DNA of 52,243 nt, the filler included, from Basidioascus undulatus (Eukaryota), in NCBI GenBank assembly GCA_000826855.1. It is 3 parts of 3 records of this genome, joined end to end, with 100 filler letters (N's around TTAATTAATTAA, not from the genome) between each part and the next. Parts side by side here need not be neighbours in the genome. Positions count along the whole stretch, not along the records: positions 1 to 17,344 come from JTLS01000535.1; positions 17,445 to 34,788 come from JTLS01000536.1; 1 more part is not named here. One strand, 5' to 3'. Below, piece after piece: positions 11,719-24,527 of this stretch. The position numbers and the translations under genes are program-made. The notes beneath the pieces are model-generated. The model was not told the origin of the DNA. It worked only from the letters and a program-made list of their open reading frames with translations, and ran no database searches. The stretch's first letter is position 1, and each line of letters begins with the position of its first letter.

Positions 11719-12669
11719 TTAGACCTGAGGGAGGACGTGGGTGAGACGAGAGAACGCGTGGGCAGGGAAGCGAAGAAATGCGGACCTTGAAGCCACGGGA
11801 CTTCCTGCGACCACGCGCACGCTCGAACTTGCGGCCCTTCGAGATGACGTCTGGATTAAGGAAGAGGGTAAGGGGAAGTGCCAAATGGCGAGCAGGCGAT
11901 TGTGTAGACGCACAGGGCTTCTTGTTCTTGTGCGGGCCCATGCCGAAGTGGCGGACAGCCTCACGCGCGTTCTTCTTGCCGCGGAGGAGGACAGTGTTGG
12001 AGCCAGTCGGGGCACGGAGGGCGAGCTGGTCGAGGGTGATAGCCTCGCCGCCGGCAGCCTCGATGCGGGCCTTCGCGCTCTTGGTGAAGCGGAGGGCGGC
12101 GACCGAGAGCTTAGGGACAGTGAGAAGACGCTCGTCGTCGGTGACGGTGCCGACGGTGACGATCGTCTTAGCGTCCGCAGCAGGCGTGTGACGGGTCTCA
12201 TAGACGATCTTCGAGAGCGACACCGGGGGCCGGTTGATCTTGGACTGGAACAGCCGGCGGAGGATCACACGGTTGAAGGCGCTGTCCGTGCGGCGGGCGA
12301 GGAAGCGGTAGAGCTGCAGGGAAGACGGGACGTTGAGAGGGCTTGGGGAAGGAGGGGAGCAAAAGAGCGTGCCCACCTTCACGAGGAGGAGGAGGTACGG
12401 GTCCTCGCTCTTCGGCGCCGTGCGCTGGCCCTTGGAGACGTGGTGCTTCTTGATGTCGATACCCTGCAATCCCGCCAGAATCCAGCACCGTCAGTCTCCT
12501 GCTTCTCGCTCGGCCACCTGTCCTGCTCTCAGTCCTCCCCAACCCGCGTGCCCAACCTGCCCCTTCCCGCCCGACCAAGCCTTGCCGGCCGGCCTTCCCC
12601 CTTACTCCCTCCCTCACTCTCTTTGACCGCCTCCTCACCCGACCCCTAGCAGGAAAATAGTCTCACCAT
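11719..12669 (-). CDS. RPL18: 60S ribosomal protein L18 (eL18), 5 exons
   Basis: ATG-only first exon, then [73 protein letters not shown]. Confidence 0.98.
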
Positions 12670-13099
12670 CTTGACTGCACGGTGCACGGTATCACCAGCA
12701 GATCAGTACGGGGTGAAATGGGTATCGAGGGGACGGGACGGACCGAACAGCGACGCTCACAAACCAAGTCGGTCGGCCGGGCAGAATTGTGAGAGTGCGT
12801 TGAGCGCGCGAGAAGGAAAAACAACCGTAACGTCCCCCGTTCGGACTCCTCCATCGCACCTCCCTCCCGCCTCTCATCAGTTTCAGACCGAATAACGATT
12901 TGCTGCGACTAGTTTATTTGGATTTCTTTTAAATTATACAGTTAATCAAATATATTTATGATGCAATCGTATTCTGTAACGGATCATGTCTGACCCTGCT
13001 GGGGACGGTTTTACGCACGCTTCGCATTGACTGCACTGTTCCACTTGCTTCAACAGTCTGAGTCCAACAAAATAGGGGCTGCTGGTAGGTAATTACCCA

Positions 13100-14840
13100 A
13101 ACTATATCCCCTGGTCAACATGTAGTTTGAGTGGATGCGGTTTGAGCTGGCCTCCGTCGCGCCCTCTGTGATGCACTTCATGACAGCGCCGGAACGCTCG
13201 CCGGTTCCTCCCGGGCATCGAGTCCACAACTCTGTTGACTTTTTTGAAACGTACATGGCTTATCAAGCGTGCCGAAGCACTCGGACAGATGTAAGTGGAG
13301 ACCGGGGAAGGTGTCATTGAAAAAGACAGCTCTGAGCGCTTTTTCCACCTCGCAGTTGGAAAGGTGTAATAAATGGTTGGGAATGGTCATAATCAAAGAA
13401 AGTGAATGCTGCAGTACATCAAGCGTTGTGAATGGGGATGATCGAGGTTGTTGAATCACCACTTGCAGCGGCAGTGCCCACCGCGCAGTCTGAACGGTTC
13501 ACGTGTTGCCGGCACTCCCATCGCAGGCCAAGTTACTCTTCAGCCTAGACTTATGAGAAAAATTGGGCCTTTTTCCATTACCGCAGAGCCCACCAAAAAT
13601 CACGGTCATACATTCTTACTTACCTCTTTAAGCTTCGGGCAGTGTGTGCCCGAGGCGTCCGCAGTGGGCCGCGGACACCCCAACAGCTTATTTCTGAAAA
13701 TGGTTATGAATCTTTCGGCTTTCCTCTCCTCCCTGAGACAGCAGAAGTTGCAGCTCGGGTCTTCAATTATCCCCGAGTTCCCGGTGGTAAACAGCATACG
13801 CTGCGACGGCAGCAGGACAGTCTGTCTGCCTTGAACCTTTCTGCACCCTCTATGGTAATGAGATCAAGCATTTTTGAGCTGCTTTTCAAGATTAAGGATA
13901 ATATAGCCGAAGTAAGTGCGGCTCACGACACCACTCCAGTGCCGGCAAGGCTGAGCGTGTCCTCGTCCTCATTTGAGAAAATTGGTGCGGGATTACTGAA
14001 ACAACCACAACTTATTATCCGCATTTTGGGGCTGACTCGAGCCAGCCGCGCGGGATGCATTCCTTCCTGGCGAAGGCGACCGCCGATCCGTCGACAGGCG
14101 GAGGAGGCCGCGAATCAAATTCCAACTCCCTCTGCTGTGAGTACAAGAAGAGCAAGTGCAAGATGTTGTAGGTATATAGACGTGGAGCAATCAAAACAGT
14201 TGAGGGTTGCTCCTGATCTCGAAAAACCCATTGTCAAAATGTGGCTGGCCGCAAGCCACAACGAGCAACTGTCGAAGACGCAACCACGACTACCTGCCAG
14301 TGTTTGTGCCATTGTCGCAGTATAGTCAGTGCACTCTTTACTTGGCTTTTAATAGCTATTTCTGTCATGGTAGATCCAAGTTATTCTTACTCTATGTCGT
14401 CCATAGCTGAGCACCAACATCAACTCACCTTCGCGGACAGCCCGGAGCTGGTCGAACCTGCCCAAAATAGGGTTCGGTAACCTCATGTAGCTTGAAAAGT
14501 CTGAGAGAAAAGTTTGTCGGTTTGGATGGGACAGTCACGCTCAGACATAGGCTCAACGTGAGGTTTACGAATCCTGTCACGCAAGCAGCGATCACATCGT
14601 CCCTTACGCTGCTGGGCCGCGAATGGGTTTGTAACCGGAGTGCAGGGCCAGTTTACCGCTACAAGTTCCTTATCCCTGAGAAAGCCTGTGAGTTTCATGA
14701 AGACCGTTTCGCAACACAAGATCCACTGACCGACCAAAGAGGCACCGGCAGGCAGCTCGCCCATCACTAGTTGACACGATAGCTTTCTGAATGAAGACGG
14801 CCTATATCCAGGCTCAATTATGACTCTCTTGTGCAAGGAG
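13100..14840 (-). pseudogene. Possible heavily decayed F-box/leucine-rich-like gene relic
   Basis: Only short broken frames with Leu-rich spacing (e.g. DVIAACVTGFVNLTLSL, NDTFPGLHLHL); boundaries and family are guesses. Confidence 0.2.
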
Positions 14841-15897
14841 AGGGAACCATCAGCACTTTCTCGAACGAAAGCCGGCTGCCGTGCAGTGGAAACGATAGAA
14901 CCTAGATAGAACGACCTTCAACCGAAGCGCTGGCGCTGGCGGCGCGGTTAGTATTCTTCTTTTTGGCCCACCTTCGGCCCCGTGAGTCGGGCTTCTCATC
15001 CTGCACCGCTCTTGTAGATGGTCTACTCCTACGCTCTAGACGTGCATGCGATATCAGAGAGAAAATTTGCTGTGCAAAGCTTTTCAAACCGGATTCGTGC
15101 AAAATTACCAAAAGCGGCGAGCAGCGCCGTCGACGAACGCCGTTCCACTGGACCGTGTCTGCGCTCTTTCCCTTTCGTCTCCCGCGCTCATCCTTTTACG
15201 CGTCTTCATCGCTCTGGCTCGCCCCTTTCCACCGCAATCCCCTCGCTACCAGTCCTTCAGGCGCCGCACAAACAGCGACGTACGTCGTCGACCGCCAGAT
15301 ACCGCTGAAAGTGCCGGCTATTCTCGCTCGCCGGCTGACGCACGAGCCCAATTTTGCGCTCTAGAGCCCACCCAGTCCACTTGGCGGTTGGTTCGATCGC
15401 CAACCCGCCCGCCCGCACTTGCCCGTACCTTGCTTGTTGTATAGCCAGAGGTGGCTGTAGTAGTGTGATTTTTACTAAGGTGAGTTGTGATCTTGCGTGT
15501 GGGTGGGTCAGGAGCCGGGGACGACGCGGGGACACGGGGACGCGGGTGGCGAGGGCGTTTGATATGCACGCTGGTGCACGCGGGGAGAGATGAGCGAATG
15601 CTGAAGGGCATTCTACCATCGCTCGAGCGACGTCCACAACGGTGCTCTCGCCATACCGGTGTCGGCGTATCCTGTGTGGCCGTTGAGGATGTCTGTGGGC
15701 GGTGTAAACATATTTTGTCGCTGGGCGTCTTCGCGGGGACATCCCACCCCTTTCCAGTCCCGGCTCCTCTCTGTCCACGAGGCTCATCTTGCCATGACAC
15801 GCACTTGGCTCGACAACACGACGTGCAACGGCGACTGACTGCATCTTACTCTATAGAGCGATCCACATCCTCTTCATCTATCGACACTCTATGCATC

Positions 15898-17815
15898 ATG
15901 TCGGCTCCCGCACCCCAATCCCCCTCAACGCCCCGTCAACGCACCACCCACCTTCCCCCCTCCCCAACAACGCCGTCTAACGTTGTCAAGGGTCCTGGCC
16001 TTCCCGCTCGGGGAGCTCCTACGACGCCGAAGTCGGGCGATCGCGTAGGACTGCCGACACCGGGACCGTCGGGTGCCGCAGACGGCCTTCCGCAAGGGTT
16101 TGATCCCTTCGCCACGCTCGGCACGCCGTCGAAGGGCTCTGTCCCTCGCATGGAAGGCCAGGCCAGCTTGCAGAGCACCTTTTCATGGTCGTCTCCTGCG
16201 ATCTCTGCGTCTGCAAAGCGCGCCTTCTCCCCTTGCCCGCCCGTATTCGCCTCACCAGCTTCCTCCGCACCCGCTCCTACATCCGACTTGTCCGACATCA
16301 CCCCCAACCCGTCCACCGAGATCCCTTCCGACCCCCCTTGGCCGACTGGCAAGACTCTGCCTCGGGATGAGATCGAGTCGCTGCGCCAGCGAGTCCTTGA
16401 GCTCAGCGTGAGCGAAGGGGGCAAGGGCCAGCAGAGGGAGGGCGAGCCTCCGGCTGCGGATGAGCTCGCGTCCATCGCGTTGCGCCTGGCGGATCACGCG
16501 CTGGAGGTGGACGACATGCCGCCATCGAAGCTCACCGTGGGTCCGATCCTTTCTTCGTGCTGAATGAAGACTTTAGGACTCACATATCCATCGTTCTGCA
16601 GACTGCCCACTTCTCGGAGACTGCCGCCGCTCTGCACCGAGTCGAGGTCGAGTCCCTACGCCGTCAGGCGGAAGCGCTCAGCTGGAAGCTGGAGCGCGTG
16701 CGATGGGACGCGCGGTTAAACCGATGGGAGGACCTGGAGGAGGTGGAGCAGCAAGGCGTCAGCGTGGTCCAGGATGACCTCGAGACCGAGAACCGAATGC
16801 TCGCGGGCGACAAGCGTGTTCTCAAGGCGAAGGTGCGCTCATGTTTGCTGCTTCGTCGTCCTTGCGCAGGCCATGCTGACTCTTCGTCTTCCCTGCAGCT
16901 GGAAGAAGCTCTCACTCGCGCGTCCAAGCTCGAGCACGACCTTCGCACGATGCGAGCGACGCTCATCACTAAGGCACACCCGCCGCTCGACGCCTGGCAG
17001 ACGACGTCCTGGCACGACGGCGATGTCAAGCGTTCGCACTACGGCATGGGCGACGCTCGCGCCGAGCACCTCCTCCTCGCCTCGCGGCGCCTCGGCGAGC
17101 TCGTCAACCGCGGCATCCCGCTCGAGTACCAAGAACCCGCGCCGCCTCCGCCCGAGCCTATCAAGAAGGGCCGCCGGCGTCCGAGCGTGGCAGCTCCGAC
17201 CGCGACGCCCACGATCCCCCAGCACGCGTCCGGCCTCGAGAACCTCCTCAACGCCGCCAATAGTCTCTTTGAGGGCGAGCGCCCGAGCACGCCGACGAGC
17301 GGCATACGCGGCTACGACGACGAGTACGACGACGCGAGCCCGCCNNNNNNNNNNNNNNNNNNNNNNNNNNNNNNNNNNNNNNNNNNNNTTAATTAATTAA
17401 NNNNNNNNNNNNNNNNNNNNNNNNNNNNNNNNNNNNNNNNNNNNCTCCATCCCCCGTTACGCGCTCCTCCTCCCCCGTCCTCACCCGCAAGCGCGGTGTC
17501 GCCATCCTTCAACAACAAGCCCCGGCATCGACGTCTCCGCAGCGGACGCTGCCCTCGCCCTTAAGCAGCGCGCCGCCCATGCGGCGCATGTTCTCGGACG
17601 AGTCGGACGAGGGCGTTGGCGAGGAGGACGGCACCGTCTCGCAGGAAGACGGGGAGGACGACGGGACGGTGCGCCCGCTCATCCGCCGCTCGCCGAAGCG
17701 CGCGGCGGGCAAGTGCGCCGTCTCCCCCGAGAGCAGCCCCGACGCGGGCGGGTTCGAGGCCGAGACATGCTGGGGCTCGTTTGGCGACGATGCCGACTGC
17801 CTAGGAGGGTTCTGA
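15898..17815 (+). CDS. Hypothetical Pro/Ser-rich protein with central coiled coil; interrupted by the assembly spacer
   Basis: GC-rich exons joinable in frame (EIESLRQRVLEL; LETENRMLAGDKRVLKAK|LEEALTRASKLEHDLRTMR; GMGDARAEHLLLASRRLG); similar low-complexity coding resumes after the gap; continuity assumed. Confidence 0.7.
17345..17444. other. Artificial contig-joining spacer (N44 + TTAATTAATTAA + N44)
   Basis: Exactly 100 nt with a six-frame stop linker; identical to 34789-34888. Confidence 0.97.
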
Positions 17816-18577
17816 TGCGAGCGATGGCGGAGCGGTGGAATGGAAGATCGTCGTTGCTGAAGCGTTTTTCTTAGCTCTTTACATACTTCGTTATTCTTTC
17901 TTACCGTGCCTTTCCTCCCTCTCCTTGTCGTGTCTTCCCCCTTTGCATCGTCGTCCTCTGGATTCCTTTTTTCCGCGCCCGTCTCTTCTCTCGTCCTACC
18001 TACACGACTGCGAGCAGTCCTCTTGTTTCCCGCTCCTCATCATGCTCGCATTGCATCCTGCATCGTCTCCCCCCTGTCCGTAGCATGTCTCCCACCGTAC
18101 ACCCCTGTAGCCCTCTTCCCCTTTACACTCTTTGATGATTAGGCAAGCATCGCGCGCATTCGTAGATTATCGTAGACGCGTCATTTACTCGCATCCTCGC
18201 CCGGCGAGCCCCGGAGGAAGGTTGAAGGTGGCGGCGCTTAGAACGAATGCAACGCTGTTCTTGCTGAACTCTTTTTCAGCGTGCATTTGCATTTCGTGTG
18301 CGTGGGCGCCCTTGGCCCATCTGCATGTCGATTGAAAGTGCGTTGCTGCTCGGGGGTGGGAAGTTCGGGCTGAGAGACGTGGCTTTGCGCGTTGTCTTCA
18401 CACCACGTTGTTGTCCTCACGACTGACCGCTCACTCGCTCGCTCCTTCGCTCATTTTCATTCCCTCACGCGCACTGACATTATCCACTGGAGCTCGCTCA
18501 AAATTCTACCCCCAACATCACACTCGCTGATCCGCGTTGTCAATCGAACTTTCCGCTCCACATCGCGCCGGGAAATC

Positions 18578-19847
18578 ATGTCTTCTCTCTCGCCCTCGCC
18601 CTCGCTCGCGTCCCCATCCGCCTCCGAACCTTTCTCGTCTTCCCTCCGCGCCTCCGCACCTGCCTTCACTCCCACCTCTTTCTCTTCTCCAACGCCGTCG
18701 CGCGCGGGGGAGACTCAGTTCGCCCCTCCGCCGCCCAGCCACCCCACGTATGACCACCGCGACCCGCCGTTCGCGGCCGGGCGGGACTGGGTAGCGCCGG
18801 AGGTCGTCTGCTGCCGGGACGCGGACGAGGCGGACGAGCTGCTGCGCGGGGTCGAACCCGGGTACATCTTGAGCTTACCTGACTGCGTGAAGCGGGACTG
18901 ACATGAGCGACTGGCAGGCCGATCGGGTTCGACCTCGAATGGAAGCCCCAGTACCTCAAGGGCGCGCCGCAGAACCCGATTGCACTCGTGCAGATTGCGG
19001 AGAAGAGAAGGGTGCTGCTGCTGTGCGTCTTCAGGATTGTGACTCCCCGCTAATCTGACGAAAGGAGCTGGTGCGGCGCGATGGAGGGGACGCAGGCAGG
19101 TCAGCGCGATGGAGCGTACGTTAGGGGTTGAGGGAACCGGACCTCGGACTCATGTACAACTGACATGCATACACTCTAATTTCAGGATTCCCTGCCGAGC
19201 TGAAGCGCGCGCTTGAATCCGACACGTATCTCAAAGTAGGCGTTGCTGTCGGCGGTGAGCGCTCCCCCTTCCGCAACCGCAGCCCTCTTTTTCCCAGCCA
19301 CTGACCTTCTCCTTTTGGCCCCATCTCCCTCTCACCAGAGGACGCGAAAAAGCTCAACCGGGACTTCCCCTCGGTCTCGCCCGCGTACTGCCTTGAGCTC
19401 ACGCACCTCGCGCGGGCGGCGGACGTGCACCCGTCCATCGCCGGGCGCCGCAAGCAGCTCGTGAGCCTGGCGCGCCTCACCGAGCGGTACCTCGCGAGAG
19501 CGCTCGTGAAGCTCGGGTGGAAGGAGTCGGTGCGGCTCAGTGATTGGGAGGGCGTGCTGGATCATAAGCAGGTGGACTGTGGGTCGCTCTTCAATGCGCT
19601 GGGGAAGGTCGGAAAGGACGGATATTGATAAAGGGTGGCCGGTGCGGGGAGGGGTGTAGACGCTGCCAACGACGCGTTCGCTGCGCTGCAGCTCTTCCAT
19701 CACCTTCACGCGCTGCTGCAGCGTTCAACCCCCGCCGCCGCTCCACCCGACCTCAACCCCTTCCTCACCGGCCCCCCTCGCCCTAATCCTTCTCGTCCAT
19801 CACCACAAGCCGCCTCAGCTCCGCAGGTTTCTTCAAACCCAGTCTGA
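18578..19847 (+). CDS. WRN-like DEDDy 3'-5' exonuclease (DnaQ-like superfamily)
   Basis: ExoI IGFDLEW, IALVQIA, ExoII KVGVAVG|EDAKKL, SLARLTERYL, RLSDWE, ExoIII YAANDA; multi-exon including a ~20-nt exon. Confidence 0.92.
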
Positions 19848-20570
19848 CAAGTCCAGCGAGTCGTTCGTAGATGAAGAGCTTGCGGTGCGTCGCGCTCGCT
19901 GTTCAATTTCTAACGTAGCCAAAGTAGAGAAGCTGGAAGAGCTTAAGTCGAACTGGTTCTAGTTGTTGGAAGGCGCCGCGTATCCCACTGCCGCAGGAAA
20001 AGAAGCAGCGGCAGAGATGGCTCGCGAGTAGAGCGGCTGTAGAAGGGAACAGAAATGCGCATTGCGTGGTTGAGTATTACATCGTCTTCGCAAGTCATGA
20101 CTATCTTAGCTCTGTCGGCATGCTTGCTCGCAGTGGCTGGCAGCTGCCAGACGGGCGAAAAGCGAAACCTCGCAGATCGCCAACGTCTGTGCGCTCAAGC
20201 CGAAGCTCGCAGAGATCCACACTTACCATCTGGGCATAAATCTCTGCTTTTGACTTTTCGTCTCCAACGAAACGCACTCCAGCGTAATCGTAGCGTAATT
20301 CAATGCCCGAGTAAGATGCTCGAAGCGGGTGAAAGATCGGGATACTCGAACTAAATCAAATCACTTGACCTTTCGGGCTGGTGACTTCCTCATATGACTG
20401 TCTTTCAAAGGCAGACGGGGAGACGAACAAGCTGAACATCGTCGTCACGACTTCGAGGTCCGTGAGGTGGGTGGTCCTTGGCCCTCCTCCGACCACCATC
20501 ATCATCGCAGTCCCTCCAGGCAGCTGGCTCGCACGCCCTGACGGCTTTTCCCCTCTCCGTTCATCCCGAA

Positions 20571-21345
20571 ATGCCTTCCACCGCCGAGAGCCTATTCCAA
20601 GCTCACGTCGCCAGCATTTGCCAAAACTGCGGGTTCCACGCGCCGCCTGATGGCCCGCCGCTGAAGGCCTGCGGTCGCTGACGGTGCGCCTCATCTCCGC
20701 GCACCTCACCTATCTCTGGCTCAAGATGCTCTTTCCCTATCAGACGCCTAATGGTCTGTCGAATTCAAAAGGCAGATTTGGCCGCAGCACAAGGGCAAAT
20801 GCGCTCACAACTTACTGGTCGTGCGGCAATCCCGCAGCCCGCCCACATCCTCATGGATGCGCTCAAGGCTTGGATACCTCATCAATCTTCCCGCCTTGCG
20901 ACTCGCTCTCTGCTCTGCCTTGCTTCTGCGCGTCGACGGCACCAACTGCATGCGCCAAGCTTTGCTCATTACCTTGTCGCCCATAAGCATCGAGCCGCCT
21001 CGCTTCGAACCGGCCACGTACGATGTCCTTCCGATGGAGATAGCGTTGGTACATCTTTAGGCTATGCCAGGACCAGAAGGGCTTCGAGACTTTGAGCGCT
21101 TCCAGAAGGGCAGCACGTGGAGCAGTACCCCATCCAGAGCGCGGCGTTGATCTGAAACTCACATGGTGTGCTGTGTTCAGGTATTGCGAAAGGCGCGATT
21201 GGTATTGCGATGCCCGGTTTGAAAAATGGACATTATGATGATATTCAACGAGGTCACGGAGCAGACGAGGGCGGGAAGGGCTTGCTTGGACGCGTCGCGT
21301 TGGTGGGATCAGTTCCGGGAGATGATTCGGGAGGGTCAACGTTAG
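20571..21345 (+). pseudogene. MYND-type zinc-finger protein, paralog 3 (disrupted, more divergent)
   Basis: CQNC...LKACGR*(TGA at a Cys position), QKAD/WPQHKGKC with 1-nt insertion, ALCSALLL..ISIEPPRFEPATYDVLPME matching paralogs 1/2, ends WWDQFREMIREGQR*. Confidence 0.75.
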
Positions 21346-21590
21346 GCGCATTTTAGGAGGCTGCCGCGAGCAATACCATGCATTGGCTCTTGAAATCTCT
21401 GCTGTTTCCCGCTCTGCTTATTTCTTTTCCTTGCCAAGTGCCTCGCGGAAGACCATCAACACCTGTAGCTGAACCCGACTGCTGCTGCTGCGACGGACTT
21501 TTCCTGACATCCTCACTCGAATTGCGTTTTCCCTACAATACGAGACCTTTATAGATGGACTTAAGACTTTTTAGGCGGTCGCAGTTCAGG

Positions 21591-22558
21591 TTATGCGGTG
21601 GGTTCGATGGGAACGCAGGAACGCAGGATCTGTAAGAGGTCCGACGCCCTGCACGAGCAGAAGCTCTTGCTCTTCAACCCTTCTTCAACCGTGGCAGCGA
21701 AGTCTTCAACCTTTTCAGAGATCTGGTTTTCTTTGATGCAACCACTTTCAGTGTCCCTCTACGGTACGCCTGCGAATATCCACATGGCATGGACTCGTCC
21801 ATTCAAGCGGAACACGTTCAGCGTTTATAGCAGCTTTTGGAGTACAAGCAAACGCCAAATCCGAGAGTCAAGCACCCATTTTCGCCTCTAGAAAGCAAGC
21901 TGTTAATCCCAGGGATCCAGAAGCCGGTGTTCCCGTCATACGAAAGGCTGTGGAGAAGGAGGTTGCCGAGCTCGTGCCCCCAGATTCGGTACTTTCCCTC
22001 GCTCGGAGCGCGGTTGAGACACATCATCGTGACAGGCACTGTGGAAGTCTGCTCCTGGACCATTGAAAAGGACAAGGATCTGAATTCTTGCAAATGTGGG
22101 AACGGTATCGCTTAATCGCGTACCTCGTACTGCAGGATGCAGGGGTCAGAATGTAGGGCTGTGGGCGAGGTCCCGGCAACGATATCTCACAATATGCTTG
22201 TAGATGTCGCAAATAGCTTTCGCAATCTCTTGGAGTCGGAACTCGAGTTCTGGCTCATCCGGGCGGACGATGAACTTGGCGGGGCTTCTAAGCGGGTACT
22301 TGCGAAGATGGCCGCTCATCCACCGTTAGTCCTCCGCAGCCGGCCACTCCCCCAAAGGCGGAGGCGAAGACTTACATTAATGTAGAGCACGATACCCGTG
22401 GATGACAATGTCGTCCTTGCCGATGAGCTGGTCGAGGCCCATCTGCAACGCTTCCATTTCGATCGCGTATCTCGGTCCCCTGGCGCTGCCGTACTGCCCG
22501 GCTTGACCGTGGGCACGATAGACTTGAAGGTGATGCGGGTCGTGTTGGAAGAAGCCAT
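21591..22558 (-). pseudogene. Unknown lineage-specific gene, tandem copy A (disrupted)
   Basis: MASSNTTRITFKS.., GLDQLIGKDDIVI, LRKYPLRSPAKFIVRPD, GKYRIWGHELGNLLLHSLSYD..FWIPG in different frames with stops; colinear with copy B. Confidence 0.6.
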
Positions 22559-22699
22559 TTTACATGTCTGGTGCTAAGCGGTATATCGAAGTGGTCAAGT
22601 GTGAGGTCGAGGGCAAGGAACGTTCGTCAGGCAGCCGTACCTGCCTCGGCAACGAGAAACAAAAGTCCAGAGTCATTGTTTGGCTCTCGGTACACCACA

Positions 22700-23851
22700 G
22701 CCTCTAAGCAAGACAATATAACTCTTCTCGTAGCTCTCTGAGTCCTGCGTCTGAGCTTCACCGCCGACAACGGGGTGCCATCACCCTTGCCTTCTGGTAA
22801 GTTTCTCAACTACTGCCAGCTATAACAGCAAGCCAAGGCATCCTCTGCGGGTGCCACAGCCATTTGACGGTGCGTGTGTCAGACGGAGAAGGACAGCCTG
22901 AGGGGCGGTTCGTTCACAATCAGGCCCTGCATTGCCCGACTCTTGAGAAAGTGTACTGACAGCATGCTCGAGGCCGTGATAGGCGTTCACGACCTGCAAG
23001 TATCTCCCACGACACAAACAGCATTTTCAGGCCTGGTCTTTCAGAAAACATTATTGTCGACTTGGTTTTACACCAGGGATTGATGCTCCTAAACATTTCG
23101 ACAATGCGTAGTGCGTTCTTCCACCCTGCCCGAATCACCCCCTCCCTCACTGCAAGTCCATCCCAGGCGCCCAAAGCACGTTCTTCTAATCAAAATCAAG
23201 GCTCTGGAGCAAGAGGCGCTCGATTCCGGGTCCGTAGATCGCGTACTTGCCCTGGCCGGGGGACTCGCCCTCAGGAGCGAGACCCGAGGGCGCGCGGTCT
23301 GGCTCTCGGTCTACGGGAGTCCCGTTTAGGTCAGCTGAGAAAAGTGGCGATCGGTAAGGGTGTGCAGTGTACTGTGCGAAACGGTAGTAGCGGTCAGTTC
23401 CAATCCCGCGGATGAAGCGACTGCTAAAGGACTGCTTACGATGCGCTGGTAGACCTCGCAGACCGGCTGCATAAGCTCAAGCCTGCGAGGGCAAATATGG
23501 GTACGAATGGATCCTCCAACAGACGCATGGAAATAATCCTACCTGGAGAAGCCCACTTGGGGCTAGTCCGGGCGGATGATTAACTGGGCCACACGCCTGA
23601 GCGGGTACTGCCGCAATCCCACCAGCAATCCCACCAGCCTTCGTATCCGCCACAAGGCCCGAGAGAGTGCAACAAGCCGTGATCCTAAGCATAATCTGCT
23701 TGAGCGGCCCAGCGATGACCACGTCGCCCTTTCCGACGAGAGAGTCGAGGTCCTTCTGCGGCGCGGCGAGGTGGACCGTGTGCTGCGCCTCAAGCGACTC
23801 GCCATCAGTGCTGGTGGACTCGAAGATGATCTTGTTGTTCGTAGAGGACAT
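22700..23851 (-). pseudogene. Unknown lineage-specific gene, tandem copy B (disrupted; 3' end approximate)
   Basis: MSSTNNKIIFES.., DLDSLVGKGDVVI, LRQYPLRRVAQLIIRPD*, GKYAIYGPGIERLLLQSLDFD*..LWAPG; internal stops. Confidence 0.6.
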
Positions 23852-24527
23852 GTTGGATGGCAAGAGGAGCTAGTTAAACTGATTAGGGTGGTGAGCGCTG
23901 GCAGAGCCGCAAAGGCAGACGATGCAAACAACGAGGAAACGGAAGGACTGGGTCATTGCTTGGTAGTCCGCCGGCCCAACTTCGGCATGTTGAGACATGT
24001 TGGATATGGTGCTAATAAACCCTGGAAAATTCTCCTTTGAACCAGTGAAGCTTTCAGCTTGAAGTATTCATTATTTTGTTTGCTTCAGGCCTGTCAGGAG
24101 AAGATTCGCTCTGCCACAGGAAGTGCACTGCTGTCAATGTGCCTGTGAATGAAAACACACATGATTTGGATTGAAGCTTTCTGAGCAGCCTGCACGATGG
24201 GGTCTGGTGCCCAGAAGGTCTCGGCAGTCTGGTGAGCTCTTGAATCGTCTTCAGGCCCTGTTTCAGACGCAAAATATCAAGTCGAAGGCTCTGGGTCACG
24301 GAGGAAGACGGGAGAGGGGATTTGAACAACTGAACAGTACTTTTAGTCTGATCCAAGCCGTACCGTTTGCAATTGACAGACAGAAAACGTTCCACGTTCC
24401 CCATTGCGATGCGAAGAAGCGCCAATTCATGGGAAATTTTTGAGTCCATCCCAGCCCGTACTTCCATAATTGAGAGAATAGCCTACTTAAAGCTACCACA
24501 GTCGACGATTCCACTCCTCTCTCCCTG

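Noticed and set aside
17345..17444. TTAATTAATTAA palindrome in N runs (also 34789-34888) as a biological element or TTAA transposon site
   Set aside because: Identical 100-nt layout twice with stops in all six frames: an assembly linker.
20679..20681. TGA at a MYND Cys position (and TGA near 3069) as selenocysteine or stop-codon reassignment
   Set aside because: The same genes carry frameshifts and TAA/TAG stops, and TGA terminates intact genes in this window.
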